From Chitinophagales bacterium (GTDB lineage: Bacteria > Bacteroidota > Bacteroidia > Chitinophagales > LD1): 33,231 nt of DNA. A program made the position numbers and the translations under genes. Below, in pieces: positions 23,827-33,147 of the stretch; the stretch's first letter is position 1; the number at the start of each line of letters is the position of its first letter. The notes under the pieces are model-generated. The model saw nothing but the letters and a program-made list of their open reading frames with translations, searched no databases and was not told the origin of the DNA. The stretch spans positions 1 to 33,231 of the forward strand of contig JBKJJB010000375.1 of the NCBI GenBank assembly GCA_046598235.1. The letters are read 5' to 3'.

Positions 23827-25611
23827 TCAATCTACCTTGATAAATTTTTTACTAACCTCTTTACCCTGAATATTAAGTTTTATCCAATACATACCTGCTT
23901 GCAGAGAAGCAATATTGAAACTAATCTGATGACCTTCATACTTGAAAGGTGCTGCTGTTACTTTACCGGTTATATCACAAATGCGGAAAGTAGTATTTGC
24001 ATCAGTAATTAAATCAGCAGTTACTATCAGTTGTTTATTAGCAGGATTAGGATAAATTGTAATAAGACTTTCTTCTAAATCATTTATACCGGTGCAAAGA
24101 CGAACCACAATTGTTTCAGTTGCAGAATTGGTACATGTGTTTCCATCTATATATGTATAAGCAATAGTGTGCGTACCAGTGCCGGATGTACCAGGATTAA
24201 AAGAGTTTCCTGTAATTCCTATACCGCTGTATGTTCCCCCGGAAGGACTACCGCCTGTTAATGTTATAGAAGCGGCAGTGTTGCAAAGTGTATCTGCATT
24301 TCCTGAAAGAGTAACACTCGGCAAAGGATTAATTGTGACAGCTATCGCATTGCTGGTATCCGCACAATTAGAAGCATTTTTTACAACTACTCTATATGAA
24401 CCTCCAAATGCCGAGGCACTGTAACTTGAGGTGGTTGCTGTGCCTAAATTACTACCATTTAACTGCCACAAATAAGTAACTCCTGCAGTAGCAGTGGCTT
24501 GAAGAGTAATACTGCTTCCCTGGCAAACAGCTACGGGACCTGCTGGAGAAACAGTTACAGAAGGAGTCTCGCTAACCGTAACAGTTATTACATTACTTGT
24601 TGCATTACATCCTCCGCTGCTGTATGATACCGAATAAGCACCTGATGAATCAGCTATAGTGTATGTGCTATCCATCTCCCCTATAATATCAACTCCATTG
24701 CGCTGCCACTGATTAGCGAAAGAAGCATTCTGTGCAGCATGCAAGGTAACTGAACTTCCACGGCAGAGAGAGGTAGCTCCATTAGCTGTTATTTGAAAAT
24801 TACCTGCACCACCCGATACTGTGTAATCGATAGTATCAATATCCGAGTTGCCTGCTGCATCAGTTACCGTAACTGTATAAGTTGAATTTTGAGTAAGCGT
24901 TGCAGTGGGATTTAGGCAGGTACTACAACTTAAAGAGTTTCCTGTAGATTGCCATAAATAGGTAACCGGCTGTAATCCACCTGTAACTACAGGATTAAGA
25001 GTAGCAATACTTCCGCTACAAACATTTTGGTCGGCACCTAGATTTACAACCGGTGGTGGCGATGCCGAACAGACTCCGCCATAAGGAACAAACGGTATTG
25101 TTGTTAGCGTGTCAACCGGTGTTATAGCATTGCCACTGTTTATTACACGCACATAATAATGCAATCCAACAGAAGAAGCATCTACCTGAACTGTAAACCC
25201 ATTTGTGAGAACTGCTGTCGCAATAATTCTTAACTTATATTGCCCTGTAGAATCGCAAGGCGTACCGTTTACCTTTATACATCCGTTTTCGGAATTTGCA
25301 TAAGTATTATTGACTTTATCGCTTGCCCAACACAAACCATTAGGCAGATTTTCAATACTATCAAGCTTGAGTGATTGTAAGGTAAACTGGCCTCCTCCAA
25401 AAAAAACGGTGTTGAAATTTCTAAACTCAATAACAGTTGTAGAAGCTACATTGTTTACAAAAGGCGGAAGCGAATCGGACATGGGCGAAAGACCGGGTTG
25501 CAAAACAGCACCCGAAGCAGTGCATTGACTTGAACCGGAGTTTCCGCAATACTGCGCTGAAACAGAAAAAACAAGAATAAAGCAGGTTGTAAATAGTAAA
25601 ATTTTTTTCAT
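23827..25611 (-). CDS. Secreted protein: Cys-containing N-domain, four Ig-like repeats, T9SS type-A CTD
   Basis: Signal MKKILLFTTCFILVFSVSAQ. Repeats contain ...C.GSS(I/V)TL.A....(Y)LWQ.NG...... and end in ...TV(T/S). CTD ITIYPNPANKQLIV...LQAGMYWIKLNIQGKEVSKKFIKVD. Confidence 0.85.
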   Translation of the reverse strand: MKKILLFTTCFILVFSVSAQYCGNSGSSQCTASGAVLQPGLSPMSDSLPPFVNNVASTTVIEFRNFNTVFFGGGQFTLQSLKLDSIENLPNGLCWASDKVNNTYANSENGCIKVNGTPCDSTGQYKLRIIATAVLTNGFTVQVDASSVGLHYYVRVINSGNAITPVDTLTTIPFVPYGGVCSASPPPVVNLGADQNVCSGSIATLNPVVTGGLQPVTYLWQSTGNSLSCSTCLNPTATLTQNSTYTVTVTDAAGNSDIDTIDYTVSGGAGNFQITANGATSLCRGSSVTLHAAQNASFANQWQRNGVDIIGEMDSTYTIADSSGAYSVSYSSGGCNATSNVITVTVSETPSVTVSPAGPVAVCQGSSITLQATATAGVTYLWQLNGSNLGTATTSSYSASAFGGSYRVVVKNASNCADTSNAIAVTINPLPSVTLSGNADTLCNTAASITLTGGSPSGGTYSGIGITGNSFNPGTSGTGTHTIAYTYIDGNTCTNSATETIVVRLCTGINDLEESLITIYPNPANKQLIVTADLITDANTTFRICDITGKVTAAPFKYEGHQISFNIASLQAGMYWIKLNIQGKEVSKKFIKVD

Positions 25612-25837
25612 GGTATATAGGTTTTAAATATGGGTGAAAAGATACATGTTGTTTTCTATTTGCAAAAATAATTTTCAGATGTAAAAAACCTTTATCGCAA
25701 ATCATCAAAACGATAAAAATTGCTTTCCTTCATTCGTATTACCCTTTATAACACTTACCGCTCACCGTATTTGAAAGATTTTGTATTAAATATAAAATGC
25801 TATATTTCAACTTTTAAAAAAATAAAATAAAGTAACC

Positions 25838-26197
25838 ATGGGAAGACCGCCAACCAGACCGAAACGATTAAAAGATGGATTCTATATCGAAGTTCGCAGC
25901 AAAGGAACTAATTCAGGAATGAAAATCAGAAGCGATAGTAAAGACGAAATGCAGAAAGCAGCCGATTTCTATTCCAGAAATAAAGAAGTAGTTATTTTGG
26001 GAGAGCATAAGGATGACGTTTGGATGAACGAAAAAGCCGAAGCCGACAAATTAAAGCAAGATAAAAAAGCGCAAAAGGCGAAGGAAAAAGAATTGGTAAA
26101 AAAAGAGAAGGCGGCAACCAAGCCCGCGAAAGAGCCAAAAGCTAAAAAGGCAGAAAAACCTAAAAAGGCAGCAAAAGTCGTTAAGAAGAAAAAATAA
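25838..26197 (+). CDS. Small basic protein with a Lys/Ala-rich histone H1-like C-terminal tail
   Basis: 119 aa. N-terminal MGRPPTRPKRLKDGFYIEVRSKG... C-terminal KKAQKAKEKELVKKEKAATKPAKEPKAKKAEKPKKAAKVVKKKK. Confidence 0.65.
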   Translation: MGRPPTRPKRLKDGFYIEVRSKGTNSGMKIRSDSKDEMQKAADFYSRNKEVVILGEHKDDVWMNEKAEADKLKQDKKAQKAKEKELVKKEKAATKPAKEPKAKKAEKPKKAAKVVKKKK

Positions 26198-26287
26198 CAT
26201 TCCTCTTATTTCTGATTACCACGCAACCGTTTCCAAAAATAGAAGTTGTATTGCACAGCTAATATTTAAATTTCACAATACTGTTAC

Positions 26288-26486
26288 ATGGAAGATGTTT
26301 TTGCCACAGAACGATTGCGAAATCTGTTGCCTAAAGTTCATGAATTTGTAAAAATCGAATTGCTTCCGCTCTAAACTGACCACCTTAAAAAGAACTTTTT
26401 CGGAAACTGCTAAAATATTGGAAGCAAAAGAGAAAAGAAAAGCACTCGGATTGTGGGCCTTACAATTGCCCGCCAATGAAGACTGA
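26288..26486 (+). pseudogene. Decayed 5' remnant of an acyl-CoA dehydrogenase-family gene
   Basis: ATG 26288 gives MEDVFATERLRNLLPKVHEFVKIELLPL, then TAA at 26372. After a frame change, 26412.. gives KILEAKREKKALGLWALQLPANED, then TGA at 26484. That segment resembles the N-terminus of long ACAD proteins (…IPLE…GLWNLFLP…). No continuation is seen in any frame. Confidence 0.5.
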
Positions 26487-26608
26487 GTATTATAAGAAAG
26501 TATGAACTGAAGCTAAAGAAAATGAACTATGCAAATTCTTTTGAAAACATATCAATTCATACTCGATCATTAATTATTTTCAAATTTGACCTTTAAAATT
26601 TCGCCTCC

Positions 26609-27619
26609 GTGAAAAAAGCTTTTATTACAGGAATTACCGGGCAGGATGGTTCCTATTTAGCAGAGTTATTGTTGAGCAAAGGGTATGAAGTTCACGGGAT
26701 GCTCCGTAGATCAAGCACCTTCAATACCGAAAGGATTGAGCATATTTTTGATAAACTTCATCTTCACCATGGAGACATTACTGACAGTTCTAACATCAAT
26801 CATTTATTGTGGCTTATAAAACCCGATGAGATTTATAATTTGTCAGCACAAAGCCATGTGCAGGTTTCGTTTGAAGTGCCGGAATATACTGCGCAAGTAG
26901 ATTCGTTAGGAACGTTAAGAATTTTAGATGCCATGCGATTGCATTGTCCCAAAGCAAAATTTTATCAGGCATCTACTTCCGAGTTATTCGGGAAAGTGCA
27001 GGAAGTACCACAATCAGAAACCACCCCCTTCTATCCACGAAGCCCGTATGGTGTAGCCAAAATATATGGCTACTGGATTGTAAAAAACTTTAGAGAGGCA
27101 TACAATCTGTTCGCCTGCAATGGAATACTGTTCAACCATGAAAGCGAAAGAAGAGGCAAAACATTTGTAACACGAAAAATAACAAGAGGACTTTGCATGG
27201 TTCGTACAGGTAAAATAACCAGTCTTAAATTGGGCAATCTCAATTCGAAAAGAGACTGGGGCTATGCACCGGAATATGTAGAAGGCATGTGGCGCATGTT
27301 ACAGCAAGAAACTCCCGAAGATTATGTTTTAGCTACAGGCAAATCATATTCTATTCGTGAATTTGCAGAAAAGTCTGCGCGGCATTTGGGATACGAACTT
27401 ATTTGGGAAGGGAAAGACATTACTGAAAAGGGAATAGACAAAAACACTGGAAAAACTATTATTGAAATTGACCCTAAATATTTCAGACCTACCGAAGTGG
27501 ACGAACTGATAGGCAATGCAGAAAAGGCAAAACGAAATCTTGGTTGGGAAACTAAAACCGATATAGATGAGTTGGTTAAAATAATGATGGATTACGATAA
27601 AAAAGAGATACTTGGTTGA
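26609..27619 (+). CDS. gmd: GDP-mannose 4,6-dehydratase
   Basis: (V/M)[46 protein letters not shown]..., ...[10 protein letters not shown]... Apparent GTG start. Confidence 0.93.
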   Translation: MKKAFITGITGQDGSYLAELLLSKGYEVHGMLRRSSTFNTERIEHIFDKLHLHHGDITDSSNINHLLWLIKPDEIYNLSAQSHVQVSFEVPEYTAQVDSLGTLRILDAMRLHCPKAKFYQASTSELFGKVQEVPQSETTPFYPRSPYGVAKIYGYWIVKNFREAYNLFACNGILFNHESERRGKTFVTRKITRGLCMVRTGKITSLKLGNLNSKRDWGYAPEYVEGMWRMLQQETPEDYVLATGKSYSIREFAEKSARHLGYELIWEGKDITEKGIDKNTGKTIIEIDPKYFRPTEVDELIGNAEKAKRNLGWETKTDIDELVKIMMDYDKKEILG

Positions 27620-28554
27620 TGAATGAGAGTTCAAAGATATATGTAGCAGGTCACAATGGAATGGTTGGCTCTGCAATAGTCCGCAAGTTACAATCAGAAG
27701 GCTATCAGAATATTATTAAAAGAAGTTCGAAGGAACTTGATTTAACCAATCAATCAGCAGTCAATAATTTCTTTGCTGCAGAAAAGCCCGAATTTGTTTT
27801 TGTAGCAGCCGCCAAAGTGGGAGGTATTTTTGCAAACAATACTTACAAGGCAGAATTCCTTTATGATAACCTTGCTATTCAATCGAATATTATTCATGCG
27901 TCTTATAAAAATGGAGTAACTAAACTTCTCTTTTTAGGGTCGTCTTGCATTTATCCCAAGTTAGCTCCTCAACCGCTTAAAGAAGAATACTTACTGAGCG
28001 GCTATCTTGAACCCACCAATGAACCTTATGCCATTGCTAAAATAGCAGGTATAAAAATGTGCGAGGCTTACCGCGACCAATACGGTTGCAATTTTATTTC
28101 AGCCATGCCTACTAATCTCTACGGCACTAACGATAACTACGATTTAGAAAAATCGCATGTATTGCCCGCACTTATTCGAAAATTTTATGAAGCAAAAATG
28201 AATAATACCTCCCAGGTAGAAATATGGGGAACAGGAACTCCAAAAAGAGAGTTTATGCATGTAGATGATTTGGCTGATGCTTGTTTTTTTTTAATGAAGA
28301 ATTACAACAACAAAAGTTTTTTGAATGTCGGCACCGGAGAAGATATAACTATTAATGATTTAGCTTTACTTATAAAAGATATTGTTGGTTTTGAGGGAGC
28401 TATTTATTTTAATACCACTAAACCCGATGGCACACCGCGCAAATTAATGGATGTATCAAAAATAAATGCGTTAGGATGGAAACATCGTATTAATCTGCAA
28501 GAGGGAATAAAAAGTACGTTTAGCGATTATATTCGCACCTTTAATAAATTATAA
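27619..28554 (+). CDS. fcl: GDP-L-fucose synthase (GDP-4-keto-6-deoxymannose 3,5-epimerase/4-reductase)
   Basis: [54 protein letters not shown] 27619 overlaps the gmd TGA by 1 nt; the listed 27616 start is a TTG. Confidence 0.92.
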   Translation: MNESSKIYVAGHNGMVGSAIVRKLQSEGYQNIIKRSSKELDLTNQSAVNNFFAAEKPEFVFVAAAKVGGIFANNTYKAEFLYDNLAIQSNIIHASYKNGVTKLLFLGSSCIYPKLAPQPLKEEYLLSGYLEPTNEPYAIAKIAGIKMCEAYRDQYGCNFISAMPTNLYGTNDNYDLEKSHVLPALIRKFYEAKMNNTSQVEIWGTGTPKREFMHVDDLADACFFLMKNYNNKSFLNVGTGEDITINDLALLIKDIVGFEGAIYFNTTKPDGTPRKLMDVSKINALGWKHRINLQEGIKSTFSDYIRTFNKL

Positions 28555-28622
28555 GCAGTTGTCAACTCTCGATATCACTAGGAAATATAATTCTCAATGA
28601 AGAGAATAATAATGAGCTAAAA

Positions 28623-29468
28623 ATGGAACAAACCTGGACCGAAGAAATATCCGCCAAAAGAAATTTATTGGATATCAACTTTAAGGAGATTTGGCACTAT
28701 AAAGACTTAATCTGGATGTTTGTAAAGCGTGATATTGCTTCGCAATACAAGCAGACTATCTTAGGTCCTATTTGGTTTTTTATCAGCCCGTTTATGACGG
28801 TGTTCATGTATACTTTTGTTTTCAGCAGAATTGCAGGCATACAAACCGATGGTATTCCCGCTCCCATTTTCTACCTAACAGGCACCACCCTTTGGAACTA
28901 CTTTCAACAGTGCTTTATTTCATCCTCCGGTACTTTTGTGAACAACGCGGGTATATTCGGTAAGGTATATTTCCCACGCCTTGTATCACCTATCTCTACT
29001 ACTATATCTAACCTTATTAAATTGTTCATACAACTTTCTGTACTGGTAATTCTCATTGTATATTACATCTTATTCAGAGAGCATGTTTTTCATTTCAATC
29101 TATATCTGTTTCTGTTGCCTGTATTAATTTTACTCATGGCTGGAATTGCCTTTGGTGTAGGTATTATCACCTCAGCAATTACTACTAAATACCGCGATTT
29201 ACAAATGTTCATTACATACGGGGTTTCACTCTTAATGTATGCTACTCCTGTTATTTATCCTGTTTCAGAAGTGCCGGAAAGGTTCAAAATCTATCTTATG
29301 CTCAATCCTATATCCCCGCTTATTGAAGCATTTCGATTCAGTGTTTTAGGAAATGGAACTTTCTCGTGGTTGGCATTAGGTTACAGTGCGGGCTTTATGG
29401 TTGTAGTTACCTTTGTTGGTATTGTTATTTTTAATCAGGTGGAAAAAACCTTTATGGATACTGTGTAA
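28623..29468 (+). CDS. wzm: ABC-2 type polysaccharide export permease (Wzm/TagG-like)
   Basis: 281 aa, 6 predicted TM helices. The N-terminal ...LIWMFVKRDIASQYKQTILGPIWFFISP... is typical of the ABC2 membrane family. It is adjacent to a Wzt-like ATPase. Confidence 0.88.
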   Translation: MEQTWTEEISAKRNLLDINFKEIWHYKDLIWMFVKRDIASQYKQTILGPIWFFISPFMTVFMYTFVFSRIAGIQTDGIPAPIFYLTGTTLWNYFQQCFISSSGTFVNNAGIFGKVYFPRLVSPISTTISNLIKLFIQLSVLVILIVYYILFREHVFHFNLYLFLLPVLILLMAGIAFGVGIITSAITTKYRDLQMFITYGVSLLMYATPVIYPVSEVPERFKIYLMLNPISPLIEAFRFSVLGNGTFSWLALGYSAGFMVVVTFVGIVIFNQVEKTFMDTV

Positions 29469-29470
29469 CT

Positions 29471-30760
29471 ATGAGTGAGTTAGCTATTAAAGCGGAAAAT
29501 ATTTCCAAACTATACCGGTTAGGCAATGTAAGTGCTGCCACCTTTAAAGCAGATGCCTATAAACTATGGGCAAAAATAAGAGGACAGGAAGACCCCACCA
29601 TTAAGTTAGCTCAGGTTAACGATCGCACACAGAAAAATACTTCTGATTATGTATGGGCGCTCAAGGACATTAACTTTGAAGTTAATCAGGGAGATGTTTT
29701 GGGAGTAATTGGAAGAAATGGTGCCGGCAAAAGCACCTTGCTAAAAATATTATCTAAAGTAACTGCCCCCACAACAGGTACTATAAAAGTAAAGGGAAGA
29801 ATAGCCAGCTTGTTGGAAGTAGGTACCGGCTTTCATCCTGAGCTTACAGGCATTGAAAACATTTATTTGAACGGACATATTTTGGGTATGACCAAGCGGG
29901 AGATAGACCGCAAGTTTGATGAGATAATTGACTTTGCAGGGGTAGAAAAGTACTTGAACACCCCTGTAAAAAGATACAGCAGCGGAATGTATGTACGGCT
30001 TGCCTTTGCAGTAGCAGCACATTTAGAGCCAGACATTATGATTGTTGATGAAGTTTTAGCTGTAGGCGATGCCGAGTTTCAGGCTAAATGCCTCGGCAAA
30101 ATGAATGACGCCAGTAAAAAAGAAGGAAGAACAATTTTGTTTGTAAGCCATAATTTAGCCAGTATCAAAGCACTTTGTAAAAAAGGAATCTATATGCAAA
30201 ACGGCATGATCCAAGCTGCCGGTGATATGAATGAAGTTCTTAACCTCTATAAAAGAAACAGTCTTGGAGCGTTTGAGTTAGATGGCTTCACTAATTTATC
30301 AAACAGGATTAACAGATGTTCCTCCGAAGGAAGGTATGCCGGTTTTTTAAGATTTACTTCTCTCAAAATTTTAGACAAAGAACACCACGTAGCAACTTCC
30401 TTTAATACGGAAGATGAAATTTTCTTTGAGATAGAGTATGAGGCATTTGAAACTGTTGATAGTTTAAAAATCAGCATCATGATTGAGTCCGCTGATAATT
30501 TGAGTCCTGTTTCTGCTAACTCGTATATTATCAGCAGCAATCCTTTTTCAAAAGGGAAAAAAGGGAAAGCTTTAATCAGGTTTCACAATTTATCGCTTCC
30601 GGCCGGAGATTACCTGCCGTATTTATGGGCGGGTTCTTTAGAAAGCGAGCCTTATGATGTGGTGGACCGTTTAATTGTCAATGTACCAATAATCGAAATA
30701 GTAGGTGAAAAAAACGGCCGCTTAACTCAACTGAGTTCTGAAATACAAGTTTTGAATTGA
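29471..30760 (+). CDS. wzt: Polysaccharide ABC exporter ATP-binding protein with an extra ~170-aa C-terminal domain (Wzt-like)
   Basis: Walker A GRNGAGKSTLLK. Signature YSSGMYVRLAFA. Walker B IMIVDEVLAVGD. The C-terminal extension (aa ~260-429) has the size and position of the Wzt glycan-terminus-binding domain. Confidence 0.88.
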   Translation: MSELAIKAENISKLYRLGNVSAATFKADAYKLWAKIRGQEDPTIKLAQVNDRTQKNTSDYVWALKDINFEVNQGDVLGVIGRNGAGKSTLLKILSKVTAPTTGTIKVKGRIASLLEVGTGFHPELTGIENIYLNGHILGMTKREIDRKFDEIIDFAGVEKYLNTPVKRYSSGMYVRLAFAVAAHLEPDIMIVDEVLAVGDAEFQAKCLGKMNDASKKEGRTILFVSHNLASIKALCKKGIYMQNGMIQAAGDMNEVLNLYKRNSLGAFELDGFTNLSNRINRCSSEGRYAGFLRFTSLKILDKEHHVATSFNTEDEIFFEIEYEAFETVDSLKISIMIESADNLSPVSANSYIISSNPFSKGKKGKALIRFHNLSLPAGDYLPYLWAGSLESEPYDVVDRLIVNVPIIEIVGEKNGRLTQLSSEIQVLN

Positions 30761-30781
30761 AACAATAAAACTGAATGATCG

Positions 30782-31999
30782 ATGGAAAAATACTTTATGC
30801 AAACTTTCGAATACGAAAAGAATAAGTATTTCAATTCAACACTTGTTACAAATAATTTTACAAAAGTTGATAATGTTCAAATTCTGGAACTGATTAATTC
30901 ACTGGATGCCGTCATCAATTTTATTGTAACATCTAACCCGTCTAATCCCATAGATAAATTTCACAGTTCTGCAGAAAACTACCTAAATCAGTTACTTGGC
31001 ATCTTCGAGCAGAAAACAATGGGCGAGCCTGAACTGAACTCTGTTTTGAAAATTATCCATAGTAACTCAATACAACTGGCAGAAAAATATATAGACAATA
31101 AAACTTCAGATAAAGATTTGATTACTAAAAAGAATATTGTCAGATCAAATCAGTATAAAGATAATCTTGCATCTTTTAAAGAAGCTGGCTTCCTGGAATA
31201 TGAGTTTGCCTTGGATTCCGAATTTCTAACCTGGTGCGATAATCAACTTTTCAATGCCAGAAAGAAATATGAAAATGAATCTGATTGGAGAGGAGCCAAT
31301 GCGTATGAAAACAATTCATCAGAATTTAAGTTTATAGAAAATTTCATTCATAAAAACCAAATTTTAGATGTAATCTCCGATTACAAGCAGATGAACATGG
31401 AGATGCTTTATGCCGCATGGGATTACTCACACTCAAGACAAAAATGGTTCCGGCATAACCATGAGTATGATTATATTTCTCCAACCAATTATTACCACTT
31501 TGATGCAGATGAAGATGTTGCAAAGATGCTGATTTACTTATCCGATGTTTCACTGGAAGATGGCCCCTTTAAGTTTGTAAAGGGAAGCAACGCTATGTCA
31601 AGATCACCTTTCCTTACTTTTATTCACTATTCTATTGATGATAAGATTTCACGTCAATATGCGCAGAAAGATAATCTCTATGGAAGGGGTTTATTTCTTT
31701 ATAGAAAAGACTTATTAATGAAATTCCCTGCTAGCATTAGAGGCACAACACATTTTGGAGATGATCTAATTGAAAACTCTCTGCTGTCAAAATATCTGTT
31801 GGAGAATACGATTACTTTTACTAAAAAGAAAGGAACGGCCGTATTGTTTGATGGTTTCAAAGGAGTTCATGCAGGAGGAAATGCAGCCGATGGAGAAAGG
31901 CTTGCGGTGCAAGTTGCTTTCCGCAGAAAATCATCACCCGCTCAGAAAAACACTGAACAAAACAGAATTGTTAGAAAATTAAAATCTTTAATCCGGTAA
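30782..31999 (+). CDS. Hypothetical protein with a C-terminal PhyH-like Fe(II)/2-oxoglutarate dioxygenase fold
   Basis: His239-x-Asp241 (YYHFDADED). LIYLSDVSLEDGPFKFVKGSN. Distal His363 (FKGVHAGGN), followed by AVQVAFRR. The N-terminal ~200 aa have no motif I recognise. Confidence 0.55.
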   Translation: MEKYFMQTFEYEKNKYFNSTLVTNNFTKVDNVQILELINSLDAVINFIVTSNPSNPIDKFHSSAENYLNQLLGIFEQKTMGEPELNSVLKIIHSNSIQLAEKYIDNKTSDKDLITKKNIVRSNQYKDNLASFKEAGFLEYEFALDSEFLTWCDNQLFNARKKYENESDWRGANAYENNSSEFKFIENFIHKNQILDVISDYKQMNMEMLYAAWDYSHSRQKWFRHNHEYDYISPTNYYHFDADEDVAKMLIYLSDVSLEDGPFKFVKGSNAMSRSPFLTFIHYSIDDKISRQYAQKDNLYGRGLFLYRKDLLMKFPASIRGTTHFGDDLIENSLLSKYLLENTITFTKKKGTAVLFDGFKGVHAGGNAADGERLAVQVAFRRKSSPAQKNTEQNRIVRKLKSLIR

Positions 32000-32016
32000 T
32001 TACTTTAACCCAAACT

Positions 32017-33135
32017 ATGAGATTAAATGTGAGATCTTTTTTGAGCAGGATTAAAAAACGTATTGGCAAATTATTGGTTGACAATCCAGACAATGTAGTT
32101 AGCCCCACTAAACCTGTTAAACATTTAAGGAGTTCCTATGTATACGATGAATTGAATATCCTATTACAAGGTCAGAAATTAAATTTTGTAGATGTGGGTG
32201 GGGCCGTAAATCTGCAGCCGCACCATGAAAAATTAATTGGTAATGCAAACTATTACGTTTTTGAACCTGACGAAAGATCTTATAACGATTTAATTAATAC
32301 TGTTGATAGATACGCTTATCCCCAAGATTTCACTTACATCAATAAAGCATTATCGGGTGCTAACGGTAAAAGAACTCTCTATTTATCCAATATTCCTACC
32401 GGCACTTCTATCTTGAAACTGAAAGAAGATCAACAGTTTTTTTCTAACACTAATTCCTATTTTTTCCCAATGAGGGAGATAGAAATTAATACGATTACAC
32501 TTGAAACCGCTCTGAATGAGTATAGGGTAAAACATTTTGACGCTATTAAACTGGATGTGCAGGGAGCTGAGTTAGAAATTATAAAAGGCATTGATGACGT
32601 AAGGCTTAATGAGGTAAATACCATTGAACTAGAAATAGGATTACATGACATTTACCAAAACCAAACCAAATTCTGCGATGTACTGGCGTTTATGACAGAG
32701 AAAGGATTTGGTCTGTTTGATGTTCGAACTAACCGTGGACATTTGCCTGACAATTTCGACAACTTCTCCTATCAGCAAAAGTACTTTAACACCCATGACC
32801 AATCCCCATCAGTAGCTGCAAGGATATGGGAGTTTGATGCTCTGTTTTTCAGAGAGCCTCATTGGATAAGCCGGAATAAAATTTCAAAGGAAAGACTGCT
32901 GCGAATTGCGGCTATGTACTGCGTGTACAACTTTTTTGCAGAAGCTATGCAGGTGATAAATACTGCGCACCACGAGGGTAAACTTACCGAAGTGGAATAT
33001 TCTTCTGTAAAAAATGCCATTATTAACTGGAATAAAAAAGAACAGAATCATACTGCCGATTATAATCTAATGCTTGAAAAAAGAAATTACTGGACCTGGG
33101 GGCAATACATGCAGACGGGCTATCCCTCTAATTAA
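32017..33135 (+). CDS. FkbM-family methyltransferase with N- and C-terminal extensions
   Basis: FVDVGGAVN (SAM loop) and FDAIKLDVQGAELEIIKG, a characteristic FkbM-domain string. 372 aa. Confidence 0.75.
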   Translation: MRLNVRSFLSRIKKRIGKLLVDNPDNVVSPTKPVKHLRSSYVYDELNILLQGQKLNFVDVGGAVNLQPHHEKLIGNANYYVFEPDERSYNDLINTVDRYAYPQDFTYINKALSGANGKRTLYLSNIPTGTSILKLKEDQQFFSNTNSYFFPMREIEINTITLETALNEYRVKHFDAIKLDVQGAELEIIKGIDDVRLNEVNTIELEIGLHDIYQNQTKFCDVLAFMTEKGFGLFDVRTNRGHLPDNFDNFSYQQKYFNTHDQSPSVAARIWEFDALFFREPHWISRNKISKERLLRIAAMYCVYNFFAEAMQVINTAHHEGKLTEVEYSSVKNAIINWNKKEQNHTADYNLMLEKRNYWTWGQYMQTGYPSN

Positions 33136-33147
33136 TTAAAATTATAT

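Noticed and set aside
26273-26476. 67-aa minus-strand ORF
   Set aside because: It runs antisense to the acyl-CoA dehydrogenase-like remnant, whose plus-strand translation has recognisable family strings. The minus-strand peptide has none.
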